From positions 3,439 through 67,438 of the forward strand of contig CAZRMW010000002.1 in the NCBI GenBank assembly GCA_964601305.1: a stretch of 64,000 nucleotides of DNA, written 5' to 3'. A program made the translations under genes and the position numbers. Positions 36,795 to 46,011 of the stretch are shown in pieces (the first letter of the stretch is position 1; every line of letters starts with the position of its first letter). The stretch comes from an uncultured Candidatus Saccharibacteria bacterium. GTDB taxonomy: Bacteria > Patescibacteriota > Minisyncoccia > JAHISW01 > Tagabacteraceae. The notes beneath the pieces were generated by a model that worked only from the letters and a program-made list of their open reading frames with translations, was not told the origin of the DNA and ran no database searches.

Positions 36795-37022
36795 CTAATC
36801 TAGTAAAATCTCTTTGTAAAGCTTTTTGTCATTAAATATCCACATTCCAAGAGTTCCTCTATTAATCATTTCAATCAGTTTTTTTCTGATCTTTCTGTTT
36901 GAAATATAAGCGCTTATGCCTATGGTTGCACTTCTTGGATTTTTGTAAACAAAAGATATTGTTGTAAGGTTTAAGCAAAAAATAGTTTCTTCTTCTTTTT
37001 TATAAATTTCTAAAGATTGCAT
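36795..37022 (-). CDS. hypothetical small protein (downstream gene of an overlapping pair)
   Basis: 75 aa; start overlaps the stop of the upstream 72-aa gene. Confidence 0.35.
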   Translation of the reverse strand: MQSLEIYKKEEETIFCLNLTTISFVYKNPRSATIGISAYISNRKIRKKLIEMINRGTLGMWIFNDKKLYKEILLD

Positions 37023-37240
37023 TAGTCACCTTTTCTTTCAATTTCTCTCAAAAGATCACTAAAAGCTGTTTCAATTATTTCTACAGCTTCATTTTCTTTT
37101 TCAATATCTCTTAGTTTTATAACAACTCCTTTTGCAAGATCGTTGAGTAAATTTTCTAAGTTTTCTTCCTTATCTTGTCTTTTCTGAATTTTCCGTTTGT
37201 TTCTACTCGAGTTACCTTTCATATTAAACTCCTTTCTCAA
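37022..37240 (-). CDS. hypothetical small charged protein (upstream gene of an overlapping pair)
   Basis: 72 aa, Lys/Glu-rich; a toxin-antitoxin-like 1-nt overlap with the downstream gene. Confidence 0.35.
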   Translation of the reverse strand: MRKEFNMKGNSSRNKRKIQKRQDKEENLENLLNDLAKGVVIKLRDIEKENEAVEIIETAFSDLLREIERKGD

Positions 37241-37300
37241 AGTCGTCTAATTTCTTTGTATCAGTTTGATTGTGGTTGGTCAATATCGTAGAATTATTAT

Positions 37301-38182
37301 ATGTCGCAAAACATCAAAAAACTAAAAAACCAATATTTGGAATATATAGAAATAGAAAGAGGGCGTGCGCTTAAAACAGTTGAGAATTATGATAGATATT
37401 TGAAAAAGTTTTTTGATTTTTCTAAAGTTAAAAATCCGCAAGATATAAAAGATGAGACAGTTCGTAAATATCGTTTGTATTTAAATAGAGAGGGACTGAA
37501 AAAGAAAACACAAAACTATTATTTAATTGCGCTTAGAAATTTTTTAAAGTATTTAGCAAAGTTAGATATAAAAAGTTTGCCTCCGGAAAGAATAGAGCTT
37601 GCGAAAGTTGGGCAGAGGCAATTGGATTTGGTAAGTGGTGACGACCTTGAGAGGCTTTTGAGTTCACCGAAAGGCGCCTGCGAGGCTGATTTAAGAGACA
37701 AAGCTATTTTAGAGCTTCTTTTTTCTACAGGGCTTCGAGTGTCAGAACTCTGTGGTCTTAATATAGATAGCATAGATTTGAAGAAAGATGAGTTTTCTGT
37801 GAGAGGGAAGGGGGATAAAGTAAGATTGGTTTTTTTGTCAGGAAATGCTAAAAGTGCTGTGAAGAATTATTTAGATAAAAGAGCAAATATAGATGAAGAA
37901 GCAATGTTTGTAAATATAAGATCGGGAGGTCGGTTAACAGCAAGATCGGTGGAAAGAATCGTACAAAAATATGCCACTTTGGCAGGGATTTCTAAAAAAA
38001 TGACGCCCCATGTAATAAGGCATTGTTTTGCTACGGATCTTTTGGAATCGGGAGCAGACTTACGCTCGGTACAGGCACTTTTGGGGCATAGCAATATTAC
38101 TACTACTCAAATTTATACACACGTTACCGATAGACAGCTGAAAGAAATTCATAAAACCTTTCATGGAAAAAAGCGCCGATAA
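37301..38182 (+). CDS. xerC: tyrosine recombinase XerC/XerD
   Basis: The R..H..R..Y catalytic set: LFSTGLRVSEL, HVIRHCFATDLL, LLGHSNITTTQIYTHV. Confidence 0.85.
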   Translation: MSQNIKKLKNQYLEYIEIERGRALKTVENYDRYLKKFFDFSKVKNPQDIKDETVRKYRLYLNREGLKKKTQNYYLIALRNFLKYLAKLDIKSLPPERIELAKVGQRQLDLVSGDDLERLLSSPKGACEADLRDKAILELLFSTGLRVSELCGLNIDSIDLKKDEFSVRGKGDKVRLVFLSGNAKSAVKNYLDKRANIDEEAMFVNIRSGGRLTARSVERIVQKYATLAGISKKMTPHVIRHCFATDLLESGADLRSVQALLGHSNITTTQIYTHVTDRQLKEIHKTFHGKKRR

Positions 38183-38212
38183 AGGCGCTTTTATATTGGG
38201 GTATCTTTAATC

Positions 38213-38365
38213 TTACGAAGTTTTTCTGCCCCCATTTCTTATTCTAAAACTTTTTGCTTTTAGTTTTGCAAGTTTTTCTGCCGTTTCTGTATCTGGTGTG
38301 GGTTTTTTGTCTTTTTCAACGCAGAAAAACTGACACATTTTTTTTAAATGATCGATGGGCTTCAT
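38213..38365 (-). CDS. putative 50-aa Lys-rich small protein
   Basis: Strong SD GGGAGG 5 nt before the ATG; a promoter-like TTGACA-17-TAATAT lies at about 38470-38526 on the minus strand; unannotated because of size. Confidence 0.3.
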   Translation of the reverse strand: MKPIDHLKKMCQFFCVEKDKKPTPDTETAEKLAKLKAKSFRIRNGGRKTS

Positions 38366-38527
38366 TGCAACCTCCCTTCCCTCCGTAGCTTTATGCGAAG
38401 GAGGGTCTCTTTAAAGTTCTAGTTTTTCTAATTCGCTTTCAAAAAGATCTACTTAGGGTCTTTTCTGAAAATGAACTAAAACGTTTATCTAAAAAATATA
38501 TTAATTTAGCTTAGTACTTTTGTCAAG

Positions 38528-38551
38528 ATGAACATACCATGGTATGTTCAT
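38528..38551. promoter_or_regulatory. perfect 24-bp palindrome ATGAACATACCATGGTATGTTCAT (followed by the palindrome TGAACGTTCA)
   Basis: Lies between the tRNA-Ala 3' end and the minus-strand -35 element. Confidence 0.45.
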
Positions 38552-38579
38552 TGAACGTTCATTGATAGATTCATGAGGA

Positions 38580-38656
38580 TGGTGGACCCTACCGGATTTG
38601 AACCGGTGACTTCTTCCATGCCATGGAAGCACTCTGGCCAACTGAGCTAAGGGCCC
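38580..38656 (-). tRNA. tRNA-Ala (anticodon GGC), CCA encoded
   Basis: Manual fold: acceptor GGGCCCT/AGGGTCC with G3:U70, D arm GCTC…GAGT, anticodon loop ATGGCAT, T loop TTCAAAT. Confidence 0.8.
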
Positions 38657-38733
38657 CTAAATCTAAATTAAACTTAATTTAGATCGGGCGAACAATTTTG
38701 TTAACAAAATAGTTTTAGCCTTGTTAATTTTTA

Positions 38734-38805
38734 TGCCCTCACCAGGAATCGAACCTAGATCTGATCCTTAGGAGGGATCTGTTCTATCCGTTGAACTACG
38801 AGGGC
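38734..38805 (-). tRNA. tRNA-Arg (anticodon CCU)
   Basis: Manual fold: acceptor GCCCTCG/TGAGGGC, anticodon stem GATCC/GGATC with loop CTCCTAA, T loop TTCGATT; CCA not encoded. Confidence 0.75.
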
Positions 38806-38837
38806 TCGCTAAGTGTGATTTATCCCGCTCGGCGGGG

Positions 38838-39074
38838 TTATTTTACACCTAACAATTCTGAGATTTTAGCTTTGTCGAAACCAATTATTGTTTCGTCGCC
38901 AATCGTTATTACTGGTACAGCCATTTGGCCAGTTTTTTCTATAAGCTCGTTTCTTTTGGCTTCGTCTATAGATACATCAAATTCTTCGTATTCTATGCCT
39001 TTTTCTTTAAACCAATCTTTTGCCATTACACAGTAGGCGCAAGAAGGAGTAGAGTATATTTGTACTTTTTGCAT
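38838..39074 (-). CDS. glutaredoxin-like protein (NrdH/Grx family)
   Basis: 78 aa with the CAYC active site in YSTPSCAYCVMAKDWF and the thioredoxin-fold pattern. Confidence 0.8.
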   Translation of the reverse strand: MQKVQIYSTPSCAYCVMAKDWFKEKGIEYEEFDVSIDEAKRNELIEKTGQMAVPVITIGDETIIGFDKAKISELLGVK

Positions 39075-39148
39075 ATTTTTAAATTTTTAAAAATTAATAA
39101 TACACTAGTATTCTACACTAATTTATCTTTATAGCAATTTATTTTTTG

Positions 39149-39233
39149 TGCGCGGAAGAGGATTTGAACCTCCACGAGAGTAACTCTCACTACCCCCTCA
39201 AGGTAGCGCGTCTACCAGTTCCGCCACCCGCGC
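39149..39233 (-). tRNA. tRNA-Leu (anticodon GAG), class II with long variable arm
   Basis: Acceptor GCGCGGG/TCCGCGC, D region GCG-GAACTGGTAGA-CGC, anticodon loop TTGAGGG, variable arm TGAGAGTTACTCTCG, T loop TTCAAAT. Confidence 0.8.
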
Positions 39234-39237
39234 TATT

Positions 39238-39750
39238 CTACTCTTTAGTTTTTGTAGATTCTTCTTTTTTAGTTTCCGCGCCCAAACTTTCAGATTGAGG
39301 TGGACCCGCCTGAATGTCCTTTGGACTTTCGGCGGGTTCTTCTTTGTCTTCTTCTGGTTTAGCTTCCACTTTTGAAGCGTCCATAATAGTTTCTTTGATT
39401 TGTTTCATTTGCTTCATTTTCTTTCTTACTTGTCTTGCAGCCCTTTCTCTTAAGTAATAAAGTTTGGCCCGCCTTACTCTTTTTGGTCTGCTTATAAGCT
39501 CTATTTTTTCAATTTTTGGTGAATATAGAGGTAAGGTTATTTCTACTCCTACACCTCCAGAAATTTTTCTTATAGTAAAAGTGGCACCTGGCTCTGTGCC
39601 GTGTTTTCGTGCAAGCAAAAGGCCTTCAAAAGCTTGAAGCCTACTTTTTTTACCTTCTTGGATTCTTTGCCACACTTTTACTGTGTCTCCTGGGCGAATA
39701 TCCAAATTTTTTCTGTCTTCAGTTTTTACAGGTGTAAATTGCATTTGCAT
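39238..39750 (-). CDS. rplS: 50S ribosomal protein L19 with an acidic/Lys-rich C-terminal extension
   Basis: [31 protein letters not shown]…[10 protein letters not shown] matches L19; about 55 extra C-terminal residues. Confidence 0.85.
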   Translation of the reverse strand: MQMQFTPVKTEDRKNLDIRPGDTVKVWQRIQEGKKSRLQAFEGLLLARKHGTEPGATFTIRKISGGVGVEITLPLYSPKIEKIELISRPKRVRRAKLYYLRERAARQVRKKMKQMKQIKETIMDASKVEAKPEEDKEEPAESPKDIQAGPPQSESLGAETKKEESTKTKE

Positions 39751-40460
39751 TACTCTTTTCTATCACAGTTTTCTAGATTATTCAATACTCTTTGTAAATC
39801 TTCTGGTAAGTCGGCTTCTAACTTAATTTTTCCATTTTGGGGGAGAGAAAACTCTAAGGAAGAAGCATGCAAAAAGTGTCTTTGTAAACCAAAAGGGCAA
39901 ACAGGTGTCTTTGTATAAACTTTATCGCAAACTATAGGTTTACTTATAGCTTTTAGGTGGACTCTTATCTGGTGTGTGCGCCCTGTTTTGGGCGACACCC
40001 GTAAGAGTGTATATTCTTTATACTCTTGTTCGACATTATATTCTGTAATTGCTTCGCGGAGTTTTCCACGAGCTCTTTTGTGTGCTAGGCGTTTGGTCGG
40101 AGTTTTTGGACTTCGGCCAATTGGTATATCTATTGTTCCACTCTTTTTATTTATTTTGCCTTCAATAAGAGCCAAGTATGTTTTTTTAATTTTCTTTTCT
40201 TGGAACTGTTTTTTTAGGTATTCAAAAGTTTTTTGGTTTTTGGCAATTAGTAAAATACCAGAAGTGTCTCTGTCTAGTCTGTGTACTATACCTGGGCGTA
40301 TTTCAGGGTCATCTCCTACCTTTTTAACCTCAGGATAATTTTCTATAAGCCAATCGACTAATGTTTCATGTTTCATATTTTGTGCTTCATGAATAAGAAG
40401 CCCAGCAGGTTTGTTTATTGCAACAATATTTTTATCTTCATATATTATTTTTATATTCAT
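39750..40460 (-). CDS. RluA-family pseudouridine synthase
   Basis: [16 protein letters not shown] catalytic motif. True start is [10 protein letters not shown]…; the ORF-track N-terminal 16 aa run through tRNA-Val. Confidence 0.8.
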   Translation of the reverse strand: MNIKIIYEDKNIVAINKPAGLLIHEAQNMKHETLVDWLIENYPEVKKVGDDPEIRPGIVHRLDRDTSGILLIAKNQKTFEYLKKQFQEKKIKKTYLALIEGKINKKSGTIDIPIGRSPKTPTKRLAHKRARGKLREAITEYNVEQEYKEYTLLRVSPKTGRTHQIRVHLKAISKPIVCDKVYTKTPVCPFGLQRHFLHASSLEFSLPQNGKIKLEADLPEDLQRVLNNLENCDRKE

Positions 40461-40461
40461 A

Positions 40462-40534
40462 GTGCGCCCTGCAGGATTCGAACCTGCGACCCCTTGCATG
40501 TCGAGCAAGTGCTCTGCCGGCTGAGCTAAAGGCG
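40462..40534 (-). tRNA. tRNA-Val (anticodon GAC) with an unusual C at position 33
   Basis: Acceptor GCGCCTT/AGGGCGC, D arm GCTC-AGCCGGCA-GAGC, anticodon stem CTTGC/GCAAG with loop TCGACAT, T loop TTCGAAT. Confidence 0.7.
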
Positions 40535-40564
40535 CTTAATTAAATACTATTATATTTGGCGTAA

Positions 40565-42298
40565 TTGGCAACGACGAGTATACTAAACTTTATGGAAAAC
40601 AAAAAATGGAAACTAAAAGAACAAATAGGGAGCGATTTGGAGGAACAACTTCTTCATTCTTTTGACATAGAACAAAAAGATAAAGAAAAGTTTTTAAACC
40701 CAGATTATGAATTAGGTTTGCGAGATCCTTTTGATATTCTGAATATGGACAAGGCTGTGGATAGAATTTTAGAGGCGATAGAAAAAGATGAAAAGATAAT
40801 TGTTTTTGGAGACTACGATGCAGATGGGGTTTGTGCTTCAGCAATATTTAATGATTTTTTTAGAAAAATAGATTTTGAAAATTTTGAAGTATATATACCA
40901 AATAGACGCACTGAGGGGTACGGTCTTAGTTTTGAAAAAATTGATCAGTTTGAAAAAGATGGAGTAAATTTAATTATTACTGTCGATTGTGGGATTACAG
41001 ACCATGAGGAAATAAAAAGAGCTAAAAATAAGAAGATAGATGTAGTGGTTACAGATCATCACTTGGATGCTATTGGTCCACCTTCCGATGCGGTGGCGGT
41101 TGTAGATCCAAAACAGAGTGCAGATAATTATCCATTCGATATGATGTGCGGTGCGGGGGTGGCTTTTAAAGTTGTTGAGGCTATTTTGAAGAAAAAAAAT
41201 TTTAATGTAGTCGAAGGCTGGACAAAATGGCTTTTGGATTTAGTTTGTATAGCCACAGTAGCAGATATGGTAGATTTGGTAGATGAAAATAGAGTTTTTG
41301 TAAAATATGGATTAAAAGTAATGGCGGTATCTCAGAGACCAGGACTTGTAGCACTTTATAAAAAACTAAAGTTAAAGCCTAAAAATATAACAGAAGATGA
41401 TATTGCTTTTTTAATTGCTCCACGTATAAATACTGCCGGTAGAATGGAACACGCAAATATTAGTTTCAATCTTCTTACAACAACCAATCCCGAAGAGGCC
41501 ACTTGGGGAGCGGGCAGACTCGAAGAAAAAAACATAGAGAGGAGACAGGTGGCGGAAGTGGTATTATCTGGCGTTGAAAAAAAGATGGAAAACATCCCGC
41601 CTAACAGCGAGGCAGGCAAAAAAATTCCAGAATTTTTGTTTTTTGGAGACGAGAGTTGGAATATTGGAGTTTTGGGTGTTGCCACGAATAGAGTTTTAGA
41701 AAAATATAACAAGCCAGTTTTTTTGTGGGGTAAAGGAGAAAACAAGGATATAAAAGGATCTTCGAGAAGTGACGGCACTGTAAATCTCGTAGAGGTTATG
41801 AAGATAGCAGCGAAAAAAAATAAAGGTTTGTTTTTAGACTATGGTGGGCATAAATTTGCGGCTGGTTTTACTGTTGAAGCAGAAAAAATTAAAGATGTAG
41901 AGAAAGCAATTCAGGAAGCTTTTAAGGAGGTAGAAAAAGAGGAAGTAGAAGATGAATTATTTATAGACAAAGAGTTGGAATTGGATAATGTAAATGTTGA
42001 TTTGTGGGAGGTAATAAACAAATTTAGTCCATTTGGTGTAGGCAACCCTAAGCCCAATTTTTTATTTAAAAATCTCAAGGTTCTAAATGTAAGAAAGTTT
42101 GGAAATGGAGGGATACATCTCGGGTTAGATTTTAAGACTAATAATGGTTTTGTGTCGGCAATAGGATTTTTTATGAATGGTAAAGATTTTGATGTGAAGA
42201 CTGGAGAAAAGATAGACTTAGTGGCAAATGTTGAGAAGTCGACTTTTAAAGGGTACGATGAAATAAGATTAAGAATAGTAGATTTTAAAGTTTTATGA
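40565..42298 (+). CDS. recJ: single-stranded-DNA-specific exonuclease RecJ
   Basis: DHH motifs (IIVFGDYDADGV, VVTDHH) and DHHA1 domain. Confidence 0.85.
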   Translation: MATTSILNFMENKKWKLKEQIGSDLEEQLLHSFDIEQKDKEKFLNPDYELGLRDPFDILNMDKAVDRILEAIEKDEKIIVFGDYDADGVCASAIFNDFFRKIDFENFEVYIPNRRTEGYGLSFEKIDQFEKDGVNLIITVDCGITDHEEIKRAKNKKIDVVVTDHHLDAIGPPSDAVAVVDPKQSADNYPFDMMCGAGVAFKVVEAILKKKNFNVVEGWTKWLLDLVCIATVADMVDLVDENRVFVKYGLKVMAVSQRPGLVALYKKLKLKPKNITEDDIAFLIAPRINTAGRMEHANISFNLLTTTNPEEATWGAGRLEEKNIERRQVAEVVLSGVEKKMENIPPNSEAGKKIPEFLFFGDESWNIGVLGVATNRVLEKYNKPVFLWGKGENKDIKGSSRSDGTVNLVEVMKIAAKKNKGLFLDYGGHKFAAGFTVEAEKIKDVEKAIQEAFKEVEKEEVEDELFIDKELELDNVNVDLWEVINKFSPFGVGNPKPNFLFKNLKVLNVRKFGNGGIHLGLDFKTNNGFVSAIGFFMNGKDFDVKTGEKIDLVANVEKSTFKGYDEIRLRIVDFKVL

Positions 42299-42738
42299 AT
42301 ATGAATAAAACAATTATATATACAGATGGTGGGTCTAGGGGTAACCCAGGACCGGCTGGTGTGGGGGTAGTGATTGCTAACGAAAAAAACCAAACTATAA
42401 AAGGTTATTCAAAAGCTATTGGAAAAAGAACTAATAATGAAGCAGAATATGAAGCTGTTATTTTGGCGATGCAAAAGACTAAGCAGCTTTTTGGTAAAGA
42501 AAAAGTTAAGAAAATGGATTTTGAATTTAGAATGGATAGTGAGCTTGTGGCGAGACAGCTTCGTGGGGAGTATAAAATGAAAGAAGAAAAATTAATTCCT
42601 CTTTTCATAAAAATTTGGAATTTAAGAACAGAGTTTGGTGAGATTGTATTTAAAGAGATTCCTCGTGAAAAAAACAAGACGGCAGATGCTCTTGCAAACG
42701 AAGCTATGGATACTAAAAAACAAGAAGGGTTATTTTAG
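42295..42738 (+). CDS. rnhA: ribonuclease HI
   Basis: IYTDGGSRGNPGPAG…EAEYEAVILAM…TADALANEAMD, i.e. the RNase H catalytic DEDD residues. Confidence 0.85.
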   Translation: MNMNKTIIYTDGGSRGNPGPAGVGVVIANEKNQTIKGYSKAIGKRTNNEAEYEAVILAMQKTKQLFGKEKVKKMDFEFRMDSELVARQLRGEYKMKEEKLIPLFIKIWNLRTEFGEIVFKEIPREKNKTADALANEAMDTKKQEGLF

Positions 42739-42763
42739 AATTTCAAAAACAGAAACTAATTAT

Positions 42764-43573
42764 ATGAAATCTAAAAAACAAAAAAATATAAAACCTATAG
42801 TTTTTCAAGATAAAGAAGTTAGACGAGTTTGGGACGAAAAAAAAGAAGAATGGTATTTTTCAATTATTGATATTATTGAAATTTTAACCGAAAGTCCGAG
42901 ACCAAGAAAATATTGGAATGCTTTGAAAACTAAATTAAAAAAAGAAGGCTCTCAGTTGTCCCAAGATGTGGGACAACTGAGAATAAAATCAGGAGATGGA
43001 AAACTTTATTTAACAGATGTTGCTGATACAAAAACTATTTTTAGGCTTGTTCAATCAATTCCAAGTAAAAAAGCAGAACCATTTAAATTGTGGCTTGCTA
43101 AAGTTGCTAATGAGAGAATAAATGAAATTTATGACCCTGAAATTGCTATAAATAGAGCAATTAAGATTTATCAAAGAAAAGGTTATGATGAAAAATGGAT
43201 AAATCAAAGATTAAAATCTATTGAAATCAGGAAAGAACTTACAGATGAATGGAACGAACGAGGAGTAAAAGAAGGGCTTGAGTATGCTATTTTGACAAAT
43301 GAAATTTTAAGATCTTGGAGTGAAATGGATACTTTGCAATATAAAAAGTTTAAAGGATTAAAAAAGGAATCACTAAAAGACAATATGTCTAATTTAGAAT
43401 TGGTTTTAAACATGTTAGCGGAAACTTCAACAACTGAAATTAGTAAAAAAGAAAAACCAAAAGATTTTAAGGAAAATAAAAAAGTAGCAAAAAAGGGTGG
43501 GAGTATTGCCCAAAAAGCAAAATTTGAACTAGAAAAAAAATTAAAACGGAATGTTTTAAAAGGCAAAAAATAA
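42764..43573 (+). CDS. Bro-N / DinD-like (phage antirepressor-type) domain protein
   Basis: The N-terminal region IVFQDKEVRRVWDEKKEEWYFSIIDIIEILTES fits the BRO-N pattern. Start taken at the internal Met to avoid overlap with rnhA. Confidence 0.45.
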   Translation: MKSKKQKNIKPIVFQDKEVRRVWDEKKEEWYFSIIDIIEILTESPRPRKYWNALKTKLKKEGSQLSQDVGQLRIKSGDGKLYLTDVADTKTIFRLVQSIPSKKAEPFKLWLAKVANERINEIYDPEIAINRAIKIYQRKGYDEKWINQRLKSIEIRKELTDEWNERGVKEGLEYAILTNEILRSWSEMDTLQYKKFKGLKKESLKDNMSNLELVLNMLAETSTTEISKKEKPKDFKENKKVAKKGGSIAQKAKFELEKKLKRNVLKGKK

Positions 43574-43586
43574 ATTCTATAAAATT

Positions 43587-44045
43587 ATGAATAAAAAAAT
43601 GTACAGAGCTTTTATAGAAATTCCAAAAGGAGATGATAGAAGAAGGCATATGAAATATGATAAAAGTGGCTTGATTGACTTAGGACCGATTAAAGATGTT
43701 ATTCCTGTGAATAATGGTATTATGCCCATTCATTATGGCTATGTTTTAGATACGATCAACAAAAAAGAAGACCCTCCTGAAGAATTAGATGTTTTAATCT
43801 TTTCAAAAAAACAATTTCAGATATCTGATGTTATAAAAATTAAACCAATCGCAATAATAAAAAGAGAAGACAATGATCACAAAATAGTCGCAACGGAAGA
43901 AAATGATTTAAGGGGTTGGAAGGAGATTCATGACAACGAAAAAGAACTAATTAAAAGCTATTTTGGTTACAAATCCAAAATTGTGAGTATAGAGGGAGAA
44001 AAGGAAGCTATTGATTTGATCGAAAATTCGTTGGTTGTTTCATGA
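43587..44045 (+). CDS. ppa: inorganic pyrophosphatase (family I)
   Basis: FIEIPKGDDRRRHMKYDK…YGYVLDT…DPPEELDVLIF matches family I PPase metal-binding motifs. Confidence 0.7.
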   Translation: MNKKMYRAFIEIPKGDDRRRHMKYDKSGLIDLGPIKDVIPVNNGIMPIHYGYVLDTINKKEDPPEELDVLIFSKKQFQISDVIKIKPIAIIKREDNDHKIVATEENDLRGWKEIHDNEKELIKSYFGYKSKIVSIEGEKEAIDLIENSLVVS

Positions 44046-45490
44046 ATTCTAAGCATTTTTTAATTTTTATAATTTTCTTTGGAGTCGGTGTTTTTGCTGG
44101 CTCATTTGTTAGTACGAGCTTATCTTTTTATTTGGGCTTGTTTTTCATTCTTCTTGCTATAGTTTTTCAACTAGTGAGGTTCAACCTCACTAGTTTGGTA
44201 TGGGTGCTAGGGGTGTTTGCGGTGGGGTGCGGTCTTGTCTATTTTGGTTTTGTGGCAGAGCCGGCGGATATGTCTTTTTTGGAAAGTAAAATTGGAGAAA
44301 GAGTTGTTTTGGAGGGTGTGGTGATAGACGAGCCAGATGAAAGAGAAAAATATACAAGATATGTTTTAGAGATAGATAAAGGGGTTAATGTTTTACTTAC
44401 TGCAAGACATTATCCAAAGTTTAAATACGGAGACAAGGTTGAAGTGAAGGGTGTTTTGAAGAAACCAAGTAATTTTAGTGAGTTCGACTGGAGGGCATAT
44501 TTAGCTAAGGATGATATTTATTTTGAAGTATTTTATCCAGAGATAAAATTTTTGTCTGCGCGTCAGGGGTCGGAAATTAAGTATCAACTTTTGGCTTTCA
44601 AGAAAAAATTATTAAACAACGTTTCGGCAGTAATTCCAGAACCTCACTCTGCACTTTTGGGAGGGCTAACTTTTGGCGCCAAGCAAAGCATGCCAAAAAG
44701 TTTGCTCGAAGATTTTAGAAGTACTGGGGTAATACACATAGTAGTGTTGTCTGGCTATAACGTAACAATAATTGCGGATTTTATAATGCGCATTTTTTCT
44801 TTTTTGCCATTTTATTTTGGTATTGGGTTTGGTGCGTTGGGAATACTTGCTTTTGCCATTATGGCTGGAGCTTCAGCGACCGTGGTGCGTGCTTCTATTA
44901 TGGCGATACTTGTGCTCTTGGCGCGTGCGACTGGAAGGATTTATGAAATTACAATTGCTCTTTTTGCAGCTGGATTTTTAATGGTGCTTCATAATCCAAA
45001 AATAATTCGGTTCGATTCTTCTTTTCAGCTTTCTTTTTTAGCAACTATGGCATTAATTTATGTGGCGCCTCTTGTAGAAACAAAACTAAAATTTTTGCCT
45101 AAAAAACTTCAGATTAGAGAAATTGCTACAGCTACTGTTTCTACACAGATTTTTGTGTTGCCACTTATTTTATATAAAATGGGTTTGTTTTCTGTTGTGA
45201 GCTTGCCAGTGAACTTGCTGATTTTATTTTTTGTACCGGCGACGATGTTTTTTGGGTTTATGACAGCAGCGACAGGTTTTCTTTCATATTTTATAAGCTT
45301 ACCTTTTTCTTGGATAACTTATGGGTTGTTAAATTATGAATTAAAAATTGTAGAAATTTTTGCAAGTCTACCTTTTGCATCTTTTGAAATAAGCAATTTC
45401 CCACTTTGGCTAATGTTGACAATCTATGTTTTTTACGCTATTTTGATTATCAGATTGAGAAACAAAAACCCAAAAAGCCACGCCGCATAA
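44042..45490 (+). CDS. comEC: ComEC/Rec2 competence channel protein (DUF4131 plus competence domain; lacks the MBL domain)
   Basis: N-terminal OB-like DUF4131 region, then a polytopic competence domain (HSALLGGLTFGAKQSMPKSLLEDFRSTGVIHIVVLSGYNV). Confidence 0.8.
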   Translation: MNSKHFLIFIIFFGVGVFAGSFVSTSLSFYLGLFFILLAIVFQLVRFNLTSLVWVLGVFAVGCGLVYFGFVAEPADMSFLESKIGERVVLEGVVIDEPDEREKYTRYVLEIDKGVNVLLTARHYPKFKYGDKVEVKGVLKKPSNFSEFDWRAYLAKDDIYFEVFYPEIKFLSARQGSEIKYQLLAFKKKLLNNVSAVIPEPHSALLGGLTFGAKQSMPKSLLEDFRSTGVIHIVVLSGYNVTIIADFIMRIFSFLPFYFGIGFGALGILAFAIMAGASATVVRASIMAILVLLARATGRIYEITIALFAAGFLMVLHNPKIIRFDSSFQLSFLATMALIYVAPLVETKLKFLPKKLQIREIATATVSTQIFVLPLILYKMGLFSVVSLPVNLLILFFVPATMFFGFMTAATGFLSYFISLPFSWITYGLLNYELKIVEIFASLPFASFEISNFPLWLMLTIYVFYAILIIRLRNKNPKSHAA

Positions 45491-45527
45491 TCTAAATATA
45501 TGCAGGCGGGCAGGGAGATCTAAAATG
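45475..45527 (+). promoter_or_regulatory. conserved GC-rich leader element, copy 2
   Basis: AAGCCACGCCGCATAAT…TATATGCAGGCGGGCAGGGAG…AAATG; overlaps the comEC stop codon and ends at the ATG of the small ORF. Confidence 0.55.
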
Positions 45528-45704
45528 CCCGAAGAAGAAAGATATACTTCAAAAGTTTGCAGAGAAAGAAGAGAGATTTTAGTATTTTTAAATGAAATAG
45601 GTCAGGATCTGAAGGATGTGAAAGTAGTTCCCTTTAAAGAAAAAATTGGTGTACATACCCTTGATAAATACGAAGTTATCTACGAAGACAAAGAAGAGAT
45701 ATAA
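45525..45704 (+). CDS. hypothetical 59-aa protein
   Basis: Sits directly behind the conserved leader with SD GGGAG; below the ORF-track cutoff. Confidence 0.4.
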   Translation: MPEEERYTSKVCRERREILVFLNEIGQDLKDVKVVPFKEKIGVHTLDKYEVIYEDKEEI

Positions 45705-45716
45705 AGGGGGTGTAAC

Positions 45717-45899
45717 ATGGATCAATTTGTACCAATGTTGCTTGATTCTCTTTGGGGAAAACTATTCTTTTCCTTCTTTGCTCTTCTTGGAGTTTTGTTT
45801 TTTTCGATGCTTGTATTTTCTGATTTTTGGATCAAAAAACTTCAGTTATCGATTGATTTTCTAGATAGTTGTATAAAAAAGCTTGAAGAATATAAATAA
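45717..45899 (+). CDS. hypothetical small membrane protein
   Basis: 60 aa with one TM; SD AAAGGGGG; a terminator hairpin follows at 45953-45985 (GCCCGATC/GATCGGGC). Confidence 0.4.
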   Translation: MDQFVPMLLDSLWGKLFFSFFALLGVLFFSMLVFSDFWIKKLQLSIDFLDSCIKKLEEYK

Positions 45900-46011
45900 A
45901 TATTGTCTTACTAAAAATAATGGTAGGGAAAAAGTAAAAAGTCTCTTGGTTATATAGCACAAGCCCGATCGGATGGTCGGGCTTTTATTTTTGTGCTAGT
46001 TTGTTTTTAAG

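Noticed and set aside
36715-36795. GC-rich 80-bp island considered as a small structured RNA gene such as 6S or SRP
   Set aside because: No SRP domain IV (GGAAGCAGC-type) or RNase P P4 motifs. On the minus strand it resolves into a hairpin plus T7 intrinsic terminator for the small gene pair; the remainder is probably its 3' UTR.
40461-40508. N-terminal extension MLDMQGVAGSNPAGRT of the RluA-family ORF
   Set aside because: It reads through tRNA-Val (40462-40534). The conserved RluA N-terminus begins at the internal Met (40460).
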